A stretch of 63,922 nt of DNA, the filler included, from Vezdaea acicularis (Eukaryota): NCBI GenBank assembly GCA_026025075.1. It is 4 parts of 4 records of this genome, joined end to end, with 100 filler letters (N's around TTAATTAATTAA, not from the genome) between each part and the next. Parts side by side here need not be neighbours in the genome. Positions count along the whole stretch, not along the records: positions 1 to 16,891 come from JAPEUI010000216.1; 3 more parts are not named here. One strand, 5' to 3'. This document shows, piece by piece, positions 1 to 12,139 of this stretch. The position numbers and the translations under genes were made by a program. Under the pieces are notes generated by a model that had not been told where the DNA came from, searched no databases, and worked only from the letters and a program-made list of their open reading frames with translations. The stretch's first letter is position 1; each line of letters begins with the position of its first letter.

Positions 1-171
1 CTGATGCCGTTAGAACTGGTTTCGTGTATTGCGAAGAGGTGTTTCATGTGATGCTGAAATGCGTTTGAATTGTTGCAAGATGTGATGAAGTTACTTTCAT
101 TCCGTTAGCTGGGCGGTTTCTGGTTTGACATCGATGTTGTAAATGGGATACGAACAAAGGAAACTCAATAT

Positions 172-3100
172 CTAGGCAGTTGATTGACCTTCAGGCATAT
201 TGCCCGTGAGTTCCGCAACACGAGCCTTTATGCGGGCGACGCGAGATTCAATTGCTACCGAGAATTAGTACACGCTGTCCTCAAGAGACTAAGAATAGAG
301 AGAACTCACTCTCTTCTCCACTCGGCTCGCCTTCTTCGGCCCTGTTGCCTTGGCTTGGTCGTGCCACTGCTTCATCGCTTCCCCTGGCGGCTGCGCGTTC
401 GGCGGCGTTCTTGCGGATCTGAGCCCACCTATCTTGTTGTTCAGAGACCGTTTTCTGAAGGTCATTACTATCTCCTGAACCAGAGCCCCTTGGCAATGGA
501 TCGGGACGTGGCTGATTAGCACGCACGGGTTGGTGTTCCTCGACAGGCTCTGGTTGGTATTCCTTAACAGGCTCTGTCTGGAGGGCTCTTATAGGCGCGG
601 GTTCATGTATCTTGAGGGGTCCAGACTTTGGTACCTTGACAGGCTCGGGCGCATGCTCGACGGGGGCATGAGGTGGAGCTGTAGCTGGATGTGGAGTGGT
701 CGCGCCATCAGAAACATCCTCTGGAACAAATGCAGGGACATCAAGTGGGCCTTGGTCGAATGAAGAGAAGGCATGAGCAGCATCTCGCTCTTCCCTAGCG
801 TCTACAGCCGAGACGTTTCGGGGCGCCTCAACTCTATGTTTTGAAGGGATTTCTGGCTGTGGAGGCGGGACTGGACTAGGATTCTCGGAAACTTTAGAAG
901 CGACTGAGGCAGCATCTTGACTTTCATGCTGAGGAGTTCGTAGGCCGGGAGAGGGTAAGCCGTTGGCATCCTTCTTCTTGCTTAATTTTGAGAGTGTACG
1001 ATTGATACCAGATGATTGATATATCTTCTCATTTGGCTCTTGGGGTCGGTCGATTCCATTCGTTTCTATATCACCGGCTTTCTTCTTTCCGAAGAGCTTC
1101 CTGAAGCCTCCACCACCGCCATCCTTGCGCTTCTTCAGCTTCTTGCCGGGAGAATCTGGTTTGGATTTCGTCTTCTTCTCGGGGGTCGTGTCCGTCGAAG
1201 CAAGTGCTGCAGCATCGGCCTGGGCTTCAAGAGATGTATGCTCATAAGGCTCAGATTGCGGTACGGTTGGCGGAGAAAATTCAACAGGAAGACGCTTCTC
1301 GTCAGTTGGGGTTCGTGGGGCGCTTGGCCTGTCGAGTGCTAGATTCTTAGTGCTCCCATGCGCAGGGTGAGCATGCATTGGTGGAGGTTCCTGCGCACTC
1401 AACAACGCGGCATGCTCTCTCTCTTTTTCTCTTGGAGGAGTGGGTGCTGGGTGTTCCTTTGGCACGGCAGGCAGGTCTCGCTCTGTGGCAGATGGTTGTC
1501 GTTCTGAGCGGGGCGCAGATTGATTACTGTCTCCATTGGCCCGGTCCGGACCATTAGCACCGCGACCCAGAGCTGTGTTGGCAAGATAAGCCTCTCGAAT
1601 CGCGTCCTTATCGTACTTGTGAGCCCACTTCATGGCCGGCGAGGCCTCATTCACTATGACTGGTTGAAGAGTGAGGACGGAGTTGGTTTTCTTCGAATCT
1701 TCCTCGTTCCTCGCTCTCCTAGCACCAGCTGGTTCGCCATGCTCTTGTTGCCTCTGCTTACTTTGCAGAGCGGCAGCAGCGGCTTGAATTCTGGCGTGCT
1801 GATCTGGGCCGATGCTTGTCTTGCTCATCGGAACGGGGCTATTCCGGTAAAGCTCGTTTCGATCCGGTGCTGGTGTCTTCTTTCCAGTCGACTTGCGTCG
1901 AGTCATTCGTGCCCGCTTGCTGAGACCAAATCGGCTCTTCTTTTCAACAATGTATGCTCCCTCCTCTGGGATTGGGGCCGCACCCTTTACCTTCTCTTCC
2001 ATTACAAGCCAGCGAGCACCCTGGATATTCGTCTCGATGAGCGCACATCTACCGAAGACTGCTTTACGTGTCGTAGGCTCTTCTCCTGCGAGACTCGTGA
2101 TCCATACCCACCAGAAGCATTCGTCAATGTTGAATCTTGTAATGCTGGCCAACTCTCCCGGCTCAAGACTCGACTCCCTGTCGGCCATGCGATTATGTGA
2201 CTGTGAGCTTCGCACGCGATCCGTGTCGATGGGTGGGAGTATTTTGTCAGGCGGAAGGAGCAATGGTGCAGGACGCATAGTGCCGTTTTCTTCTGCAAAT
2301 CCAGAGGACAGGAAGTCCGCCCAAGATGGAGTTGTAGGTCGGCCAAGATCGTTCTTTGAATGAGCAGTGGAGCTCAGACCTTCAAAAGGCCTAGTGCGCT
2401 TGCCGATTCCGGTGTTGCGGCTCTCCTTTTCATTATCAGAGTCGTCTAGCATCCCGGAGAAACCCATGTCCTCAAACCTAGACCACGACGCATCAGACTT
2501 CTTCTGTACGCCCTTAGGGTTGCTCGTGGTAGACTGGTTGGTGGACGAAATTGCGTTTAACACCCTAAGACATTCCTCTGTAAGAGTCTGCAATGGGTCA
2601 TCATAACTTGCGAAAGCTTGTAGACTTGGATCATCATCTCTATATTCGAAATGTTTTGCCCTCCGTAAAAGGGCGAACGGAGTGGGCGAGACCGAGTCCA
2701 CAATCATCACGACTTTCGACGTAGACGTTTGCATAAGTGATGGAGTTTCGGGAGGATACTCTGTTGCTTGCACCAAGCTTTGTAGAGAAATAGGGAGCGC
2801 TGAGATTCCGTTGGTACCTCGAACTGAATCTGGCGAGAGGGATCGGAGGTACGCAAAGAACAGATGGCTGGTAGCGTCCGCCGCACTTCAAGTTGTCAGA
2901 CCCGACCCTATTAGACACTCGAGTATCACGTACCTTGCCCATGACTTGTATCCTCCCTCGAAACCTTCTCCGTTATCTTTGTGCTCAAAGGCCCACCATC
3001 CTGCCAACCTCGAGAGTTTTCGACCACCAAGACCATTGGTTTTACCGTGAGCTGCTATGGCGGCCATGAGGTCAAAGAAGTCGAAGATGATCTTGGTACG

Positions 3101-3776
3101 GGCATCCGAGTCCACGCTCAGGGGAATGAAGGTTGCAAAGGAGTCCCTCGCCATGTTTGAATCTGTGCAATTTGTGAGATGAAGCTAGACTTCGATGGTA
3201 TCCTGTTCTGCTCACCTTGCTCGCCAACACGGAAGAGCTCGTAGGCTTCCCATGTGACCACTCCTCCGGGAAGTCTACTCCAGCACCATTTCATTATGCT
3301 GCAAAGTACCTAAGTTCCGTCAGCACGAATGACAGCCAGAGGTGCTCGGGGAGCTCACCATTGGCTCAGTGAGGCGGAGCTCTTGCGAGAGATACTCTCC
3401 AGTCATCTGTCCACCTCGTTCTGTGGCGGAGCCAAAGAAATTCCGGATGAAGGTGCGAGCGCCGGTTGTGTCCGAGTTGGGTCGGAAGGGAAGGAGCAGA
3501 AATGGTAGGTCGAGTGCTAGATTTATCAGTTTACGATACATCTTTAGTCAATTGATGAGGACTGATCGCCATACCTCTCGACTTCATCTCCTGCGTGCAT
3601 CCTCTCACCAATTCTTGGATGTCCTCCGGTTCAACCTCCGTCTGCAGCCAGGCATCCTGCCACAGCGGCTTCTGCGGCTGCAGAGTACCAGCGTCGACCG
3701 TGTGAGCCGATTTCTTTCCCTTCGTCGATGGCACAGAGCCATCACGGTTCTTGAAGACCTTCGAGAAGAAAGGCAT
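172..3776 (-). CDS. Msb1/Mug8-like (DUF1708) morphogenesis protein, multi-exon
   Basis: Starts MPFFSKVFK at ATG 3776. Spliced exons give ALDLPFLLLPFRP, KWCWSRLPGGVVTWEAYELF, HGKTNGLGGRKLSRLAGWWAF and FWWVWITSLAGEEP. A final intron (GTGAGT...TAG) yields the terminal exon TIESRVARIKARVAELTGNMPEGQSTA with stop at 172-174, which the ORF track misses. Confidence 0.8.
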
Positions 3777-5307
3777 CCTGGATGTCGATCCTCGAAAAGC
3801 AACGAACCGGGGTTTGACGACGGGATGGAAGGAAGGAGGGACCGACCGTGGTCGGTTGCTGAGGCTCCTTTCGCGATCAGAGCAATTATCGAACCGTTGT
3901 AAGGGCACTACGATAAGATGCAAAGGCTGATGACGAAAGGGTCATCCGCAATCCACCTGATGCTCACAACAGAGTGATCAGGCTGAAGAATGGATCGTCC
4001 CGAGAAAAGGAGTCGGCGCGCCCGAAAGTTATCTAGGGGGGGACGACGCGATCTCACAAGCGAGTCTTAGGCGGTGAGTTCCCGAGATATGCGCTTGGAC
4101 TTTTTCCAGGCACGCGCAGGAACGTGGCCGTGGGAGACAGAAAAGGTAAGGGATGAAGCCGGTGATGGTGGACGAGGGTGCGAGAAGATTGATGAGGGTC
4201 GAGGAGGGAATAGCAGGGCATGCGCTGTGCTGCCCACCCAACGCAGCGACAGGAGATTGGTACGAAGGCTGAGCGGTGGACGAATTGGGCGATGAAGACT
4301 ACTAACGGGGCCAGGGCTCGCTAACCGTTTCTGCGCGGATCTATTCGACTGAAGCACTGGCTGCCAACTCACACGATTCGCGACCACCCGAGCACGGATC
4401 ACCTATTGGAGCGCAGGGGTGGGCACGCTCCCTCGCATCCGGTTTGATGGCACGACGATCTCGATGACAGGTCGCCGCATGCCGAGACGAGGAAAGCGGT
4501 GGTGTCGACGATCATCCTTTGAATAGAACGGACGGGGCCAACGGAGCACGGCAGTCGAGCACGCCCTGCATCGGCTTCGACCGACCAGAATATTGAATGG
4601 GAAGGGGAAGGGGGAAGGGAGGAGCACGCCAAGCACGGTCGTCTCCTTGTGGCTGGGAGCACCCACGTGATCCAGGGACGGGCATCCTTCCTTCTGCATC
4701 GCTCTTGCTCGTGATTGGAGCTCTCCCACACGTACAGATTTCCCGCGTGAGACGTGAGGCCGTCTTCACGTGCAGTGTCTTCGCCTGGGGCGCGACCTTG
4801 TTTCGGGTTAAAGCGGGCCCGCGTCCAAGACGTTTCGCGACCGTAAGCGGAGATTGGTCCCTACCCCGGGACCTGCCTCCTCCGCTAATAAATGAAAGGC
4901 CCGTCTCAAGCGCCATCGGCGTAGGCTGCTTACGTGCACCACATGAGAGACTGAAGACGACTTTGCAAATTATTGCAAAAAGCACATTTCGTCTACGAAA
5001 AGACCTGTCGGAGCCACTCAACGCAGAGAATTTGATTTACAATACCAGATGATCGCGGAGAAGACATGCTATTACGATCGTGCGCGGTACCGGCTGGCCG
5101 GGCGGTCAAGGATCAGACGCGAGGCCACCAAAATAGACCCTAATGTGGCACCTTTTCTCGCGAGGGAATGTTTATTATTGTCACCTAAATACCCAAATGC
5201 GGTCTAGATCCCCACCTTGGTCCCCTAATTTGCTGACAATGCGTCGTCGCTGGGCTGCAAGGTGGGCCGCCCGCTCCCACTCGCCTCAAGTATAAGACCC
5301 GTGGAGT

Positions 5308-5329
5308 GCGTCTCTAAAATTAGAGACGC
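5308..5329. promoter_or_regulatory. Candidate Rlm1/MEF2 binding box CTA(A/T)4TAG inside a 22-bp palindrome
   Basis: GCGTCTCTAA-AA-TTAGAGACGC with core CTAAAATTAG at 5314-5323, about 355 bp upstream of the rlmA ATG, next to a TATAAG at 5291. Confidence 0.5.
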
Positions 5330-5677
5330 TTTTCACACGCCCGACGCATGCCACACGCTTGGGGATAAGAGCTCCAATCCATCGATCGCAGCTATTTATC
5401 TAGAACGTGCGCACATATCACGATCCTTTCTTCGAGCTCGTCCAGAAGCCTCTTGACAATTAAAGTCTCATCGCCTCCTCTTCGTCGAGCTGAGGCTGAG
5501 ACGAAAGGCTCTCTCCGGTCATTGAAGGCTGCCAGCTTACTTCGGTCCACCATCAGTGCGACCGTCCTCAACTGCGCAGAGCCTCAAGACGACCACCTTC
5601 GACCAATTCCGCCGAGCGTAACTGACCACCGGGATTGACAAACACATCGTGGCGTGCTCCACATCTCAGTCATAAAC

Positions 5678-7489
5678 ATGGGGCGGAGAAAGATTGAGAT
5701 CAAAGCCATCAAGGACGACCGGAATCGTTCAGTGTAAGCCGCCCCTCGGTGTCATGCCGGGAGGCCAGCATCAACTCTAGTCGCTGACACCAGATCTATA
5801 GTACTTTTCTAAAAAGGAAGGGTGGCCTCTTCAAAAAGGCGCATGAACTGTCCGTGCTTTGTTCGGTGGATGTTGCGGTTATCATCTTTGGTCATAACAA
5901 GAAGCTGTATGAGTTCTCATCGGGAGATATCACCGACATCATCGGCCGACATCAATATGTAAGCACAATCAGAACACTCGATCGATCAGAAGGACCCTTT
6001 GCTAAGACAAGGTGATCACGTATAGTACGGAACCGCGCACGAGCACAAGGGACCGGCCGACTTCAAAGGCAGGAAGGACTTGGACGATGATGAGGATGAT
6101 GAAATGGTTTCGCCACCACCAGAGGACCCCCGTGCCTCGCAAGAACCTCATATAGTACATCCGCACTTGCAGCAGCCTGGCTTTCAGCATATGAGACCAC
6201 ATACTCCGTCTGCGTCGCCGCCAATTCCAAATGGGAACCAGTTCGTCCATCGAAATAGCACTCCGCAACCGACGGTTATGTCCCGACCTTCATCAAGAAA
6301 CCAACCGCGTCGTCCGAGCTCCAATCTCGTTCCCCAACAACAGCAGCATCACCGACAGCAAAGCCAAGGTCCTCCAGCTCAGAATGGATTTTCTTATATG
6401 GCCAATGCTCCGATCTACAATCCTCATGCAGGTGATGGGATGCCGGTCCAGCCCCACCATAATCTCCCTCCGCAGTACTCTTACCCTCCCGGACCTCAGC
6501 ATCCTCAACACGTTCAGAACCAACCTATGCACGATCGGCGACAGTCAGGACCCCCCACATTCCCGCGTCAAGACCGAGCCTCTATGGCGCCTGATTCTTC
6601 CCCTCCTCAGCCACAGCGATCTATGGAGAGTCAACAGCTAGCTGAGCCGAAAAGGGCGCCTGCGAAGTCGCGAAGTATCTTCACGCCTATTGACGAGAGC
6701 CGTTCGATTCTTGCACAACATTGGGGGATCGGTACTACTACTGCTGAGCCTCAGAGAGTCGATTCACCCCCCATAAAAAACGAACAATTGGACCATTCAA
6801 GGACCGCAGAACCTCCCGTTATTCCTCAAATTCCTCAGGGAGGGCCTTCCGCCTTTGCCCCACCTGCCCGTCCGGTTCCTCATTCTCAGAGGAACACGTC
6901 AGTATCGTCTTTGCCCGACAACGCTTCGCTGTCGAGAACGAACAGCGATCTCACAGGCGGCAAGCGTCCGAGGCTGAAGGTGCAGATACCTAGCGAGCAA
7001 TCAGATGGTGGAAGCGCGACGGCTGAATCTTCACCCCGCGGAGATTCGAGCAATACGGCCGGAGGGTCGGCCAATAAAGGCACAACCGACAGTCACTCAT
7101 CTGGAGTGGTCCTTCCCCCACCCTCACCAAGTGCAAGCGCTTTGATGAGCGCCGGAACTTCTGGGCCGCCCAACCCATTCGCCCGACCTCATCCCCCTAG
7201 TTCCAATGCTCAAAATGAGAGGAACAACATCGACACGCCCATGTCTGCACTACCGAGTCGCTTTGTCGACAACGCTTTCCTGCCATCCCCATCGAGCTTC
7301 TATCCGGAGTGGGGCTTTGGAAACAGGGGCGGCGATAGCAACATGTTGCCCAGCCCGCTCAACTTCCAGACGCCCATCACCAGCCACGGCCCTTCCTTCC
7401 TGCGCGAGGACTCGTCCGATGCGATGAAGCGGAAGAGCCCCGAAGGCGATGTCTCGGACGGGAACGCGGCGAAGCGGGTGAAGTCTTGA
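5678..7489 (+). CDS. rlmA: MEF2-type MADS-box transcription factor (RlmA/Rlm1, cell-wall-integrity pathway)
   Basis: [59 protein letters not shown] is a MADS/MEF2 domain. Introns at 5734-5801 and 5959-6025. C-terminal [10 protein letters not shown] (MAPK-docking-like) and [18 protein letters not shown] motifs. Confidence 0.93.
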
Positions 7490-8306
7490 GGCAGCTGGTG
7501 CTTGATTTTTTGAAATCTTTCTTACGATTCTTCACACATTTCTGTTTCCATCAAACTTTTGGAATATTACGGGCGGGGGAATCTGTGGCCATCATTCGCT
7601 TTTCAGGTATCGGGTGTTTTGCATGGCTTGTGGGCGTTTATGAATGTGGCTCTTTTTTTCTGGCATTCTACCTATTATCTGCGGATCGGATTGCCGCCTA
7701 TTCTACATGGGCCCCTCCCCCTTGTGCGGGACAAGGGCTGTGTCTATATTCTACATCCTGTCGTTTTCCCCCACTGACTCTTCTGTCCTGCTTTGGGGAT
7801 CTGCGTTCTTATACTGCACTTTCCTCGCATGAGGAGAGCGATTTCTAGCGTCAGGCTCGAATGGGATATATAAAAGTGAGATGTGCAATCACGCCCTCGC
7901 GCTTCACCTCTTCTCCCTTTTCCCCGCCCTCCTTCGTTCACTTTCTCCAGAACAGAACCCCGACCTTCCCCCCTCCTCCCTCCCACCCTGTTCTCCTTAA
8001 CTCGAAATCACCATCAACCCATCCCCAGGCCCGAGCCAGACCGCAGCCGTAGAGATGTGCGCACGCCGGAGAAGCCGCGCGCGAGTGAGCTGAACCGTCT
8101 TTCCCCTCCCACCCAGGGACGGGACTACTGTCTCATAACCCCTTTCCTCCCGAGCGCGTGAAGGTAAGGGCTAGATACTACGGCTGCGGGAGGTAGAATG
8201 ATGGAAAGCTCGAGTGGGTCATGAGGCAGGCATGAAACTTACACGATTAAGAAGAGGAAGGAGGGGAAGGGAGGGGGGGCTTGGTATCGTCGTGTTATCG
8301 AGTTTG

Positions 8307-8590
8307 TCGTATCGATATGGATCATACTCCCTTTGGGGGGGGGGTGTCGCTGTGTTTTCTCGTATCGATGTGGATTGCGGGTCCTTGGGATGGCGGTGTT
8401 CTTGTATCCTCGTATCGATATGGATTATAGTCCCTTAGAGTGGAGACATCATTCCATCTTCGTATCGATATGGATTGTATATGGATTGTGGCTCCCCTTC
8501 CCTTGCTCTGGGATGTGGGATACTATAGCTCGTATCGTGGGAGGCGGTGGAGAGAGGATTGGGCGGTTACAGGGTCTCTGCGTATCTGTT
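8307..8590. repeat. Degenerate ~50-bp non-coding tandem array, core TCGTATCGATRTGGAT
   Basis: CGTATCGAT cores start at 8308, 8361, 8411 and 8461; partial CGTATC copies at 8531 and 8581. Confidence 0.75.
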
Positions 8591-10222
8591 CATGTTTTTC
8601 TCTATCGTCTTCTCCCCTCGCTTGGATGGCGATGGAACGGCAATTGGACGGCGATTGGGTCGTTTCGCGATGGTGGTGGTGCGAGGGGTGTGCGAGGGTG
8701 TGGCGCGCGGAAGCGACGTCTGGCGGCGCCCCCATCTCTCTCTCAAGCCGCAGCCTCCAACCGTCATGTCAGATGGCATGCACTTATCTTCCATTTTCGT
8801 CATCATCATCAGATTCTCAATTTGCAACTGCCCTCAGAGCCCACTCCGAGATCACAAAGCGCAACCCGCCGTACCCACACCAGTCCTGCTCACCAGCCTC
8901 GACCGCTCCTTCTCCTCTCCCCCCCCGCCACATCCCGCGGGATCTCCCAATTGGCGCCGATGACAAAAGGAGGGGGGGGGGACGTCGGCCGCGGCGTTGG
9001 TGAAACGCGGGCACGAACGAGCATCGTTGCTCGGTCCGGCGGGTCCTGCGTCGAGATACGAACGCGATCGATCACTCACGCCGGATGGGGACCGTCCTTT
9101 CATCTGCCCGGGACTTCGTGCTGCACGAGATGAAACCGGTGGATATCTGTCGTGGTCGCATTAGTCGCATGGATTGCACCGGGGCCGGGTTCGACAGAGC
9201 GACGCTTGGGTCAGGTACGGAAATATCCCTGGATTGCGCCTTTCCGCCAATGCCTTTGATGCCTGCGATGCCTTCAATCTGGGCGCATTTCGCATTCCTC
9301 TTTCTCTGTGTCCTCTTGCACGCTAGATGGAAGGCGAATGCCCGTTGTGTCCGTCCGGTGATCCTGCGAGGTACCAGAGTTGCGCCGGCGCTGGAGACGA
9401 ACGGAGGATTCCCACGCGGCGAACCACGAACACCGCCTCGCGTAGGCTCCTGCCTCCTGGTCGTGGGACCGCAACCCTCGACTTACTATACCGACTTGAG
9501 CTCTTTCTCATGCATCGTCGTCCTTTTTCTTGCCTGCTTTTCTGCTTCGAGCATTCCTCATCTCATCTCCTCCCTCTCTCACCGCCCGTAGACGCCTTCC
9601 ACGGTCTGTCTAGCTTGTTCGTATTTCCCTTTGCGCTGCACCCTGTCTCCCGCGTCCGAGGCTCCCCATCGCCCATCACACGAGCGAACGGCCGATGCGA
9701 AACGTCCTTGTCCCACGGCGTCTCGCGCTGGCACCAGGCTGTTTCCTTTCGCACACTTTGGCCCCCCTCTCCCTCTCCGGATCCCGTCCGACCTCCTCTG
9801 TTTGTGCTCTCCTCTGCCTCTGCCGTCCGTCGAGCATGCGACCGTATCGTCGGGCGCCGCCAAGCTTTTCCCCCCGTTCTAATGCTCCTCCCCTGTCATG
9901 GCACTCCATGAGCTTCGTACGGGAGGAGGAGAGACGGCCGTTGCTACATAATTGAAAAGAAGGCCTGTCCCCCCTCGGACCAGACCCTCGTTCCGTGTTG
10001 CCCATTCTCCGTTTCTGTCTTTACAACTATCTTTGCAGAGCCGAAGCTCCAGTGGAGGACTCAGTCTCCTTCGCCGTCTTTCCTTCATTCCCTTTGCACT
10101 TCAGTTCGCATTCGCGCAGACTGCTTTTGCCAACCGCTACGAGAGCTGGGCCTCTCTGACACTCTTTCGTTTCTACTCTGCTCTATTGGTCCGTACACCA
10201 CCGGACTCTTCTTTTCGCAGCC

Positions 10223-11446
10223 ATGAAGACTGCGGCCGTCTCTTTCTTCCTGTTGGCTTGCGCCGCCGGCAGCGCCGTCGCGCAACAAGCCGTTTACGAC
10301 CAATGCGGTGGCCAGAACTGGAGTGGTGGTACTTCGTGTGCTTCGGGGGCGTTCTGTATCTGCCAGAGTCAATGTAAGCTCTTCCTCATTTCCCCCGCTC
10401 GAACGCCTTTGCGCCTTCACAGCAGTGTGAGGCTCAAACAGCTACGCGCCCCTCAACGCGCTCAGCCCAAGCTCGCCTTTCAACGGCTAATCTTCATATC
10501 TCTAGGGTACTCCCAATGTCTCCCTAGCTCCACCCCTCCATCCGGCTGGGGCACCGGCTGCCCAGGAGGGTCTTCAGGAGGCTCACAAGGCGGAGGCTCA
10601 GGCGGTGGCTCAGGCGGTGGCTCAGGCGGTGGCCCGCAACTAGGAACCGTCCCCGCCAGCAACCCGGGCGGGAACAACTTCCTCGAACACCCCCAACAAT
10701 CCTCTTCCACCGCCCCCGCCGCCGCCGCCTCCTCTTCCCCGGCAAGCAGCAGCGGCGGCGGTAGCGGCGGCGGAAGCCCCAGCCCCGGCGGCGCCACCGG
10801 CAAAGCCACCACAACCGTACCCCTCCCTCCTTCCCCTCTCCCCCCACCTAAGCTAACCACCCTCCCTATAGCACTACTACGACGGCCAAAAAGGCGCCTG
10901 CGGCTGCGGCAGCGGCTCCAGCATGTCTCCCTGGCAAGCCTCACTCGGCACAAATCTCTACACCGCTGCAGGCAGCACCGCCATCTTCGGAGGCAGCGAC
11001 TGGTGCGGCTCCGGCTGCGGGACCTGCTACGAGCTGACTAACACCGGCACTTCACCGCCGGGCCAGGGCTCGGGCGCTGGCGCCGGCGAGACGATCACCG
11101 TGCTCGTCACGAATGAGTGTCCCGCGGTGGGGAATGAACAGTGGTGTTCTACCCCGAATCAGTATGGGTTTGGGGCACATTTCGATATCATGAGTCAGGG
11201 TGGACCGAATGGGTGGAGTGAGTTTTTCTTTTCTTTCTCTATTCTCTTTCTACTTTTGTGTTTGAGTGCACGTATGCGCGAAGGCATCAAAACCCAACCC
11301 CCCTCGTTTCATTCAGAATCTCCCAACTAACCAACCCCTCCCACTGCGTAGACAACCCAATCGTCACCTACCGCCAAGTCTCCTGTCCGTCCACGCTCTC
11401 CCAGCACTATCAGGGCTGCGAATGCGTTACTGGCCAGTACAGTTGA
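10223..11446 (+). CDS. Secreted endoglucanase: signal peptide, CBM1, Gly/Ser linker, GH45 (subfamily B, Trichoderma EGV/Cel45A-like) domain; 3 introns
   Basis: Signal MKTAAVSFFLLACAAGSAVA. CBM1 YDQCGGQNWSGGTSCASG...W|YSQC. Catalytic domain KATTT|HYYDGQKGACGCG, YTAAGS, WCGSGCGTCYELT, VTNECP, NQYGFGAHFDIM. Confidence 0.9.
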
Positions 11447-11506
11447 TCCATGCATCCCCCCCCCCTCCCTCTCTCGTCGTCATCGTCTCATCACGGGCCC
11501 CTTTCA

Positions 11507-11537
11507 TTCTTCTTCTTCTTCTTCTTCTTCTTCTTCT
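11507..11537. repeat. (CTT)n microsatellite
   Basis: About 10 TCT/CTT units 3' of the GH45 gene. Confidence 0.85.
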
Positions 11538-12139
11538 GGTCGGTAGGCAGTTGCGATTTAGGGGTTTTCGTTTTTTTTCAAGTGGGGGGAAATGGAGAAG
11601 GGGTGGGGGGGAGCTAGGGAATGGTAGCGCTAAGGTTCTTGGAGGAGGCCATGCCCATCCCGGAACCCCCCTTTTTTACCTCCGCCATCTTCGACTCTCA
11701 GCATCCCCTCCCCACACTTTCCCTCGTTCCCCTTCTTCCTCCTCCTTCCCCAACGCTCCGTCCAGCAGCAGCGGCGGTTTACTTTTCTTGTATAAATATC
11801 CTCTCTTCCTCTTTCCTTCTTTTCCTCTTTTCCTTCTTCCAAAAAAGCTTCTTTCACCATTCATTTCTCCCCGGTGCTTGTTTGTGTAAGACACATACGC
11901 ACCAAGTTGTACGATAGTCTGTCGTAGCTTCTATTCTCAATGAAGTATTCATTAGGGCTCTCTCTTATCCTATTTCTCGCATGTATACATACATACACAT
12001 ACACACACACACACAAATTGACTGTGGCCATCTCGTACCGCGCCCGGAAACACGTGCTGATGTGCATCTAATCACGCATGGAGCAATATCAGGGAGATGA
12101 GGATAAAGTTTTCTTTTTCATTTCCAACAAAGCTATCTA

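Noticed and set aside
8307..8590. CRISPR array
   Set aside because: Eukaryotic context, 16-bp core too short, spacers partly similar to each other, and no cas genes.
8333..10088. Long ORFs (266, 194, 187 aa) between rlmA and GH45
   Set aside because: Mostly non-ATG starts, low-complexity translations in several overlapping frames, and no motifs.
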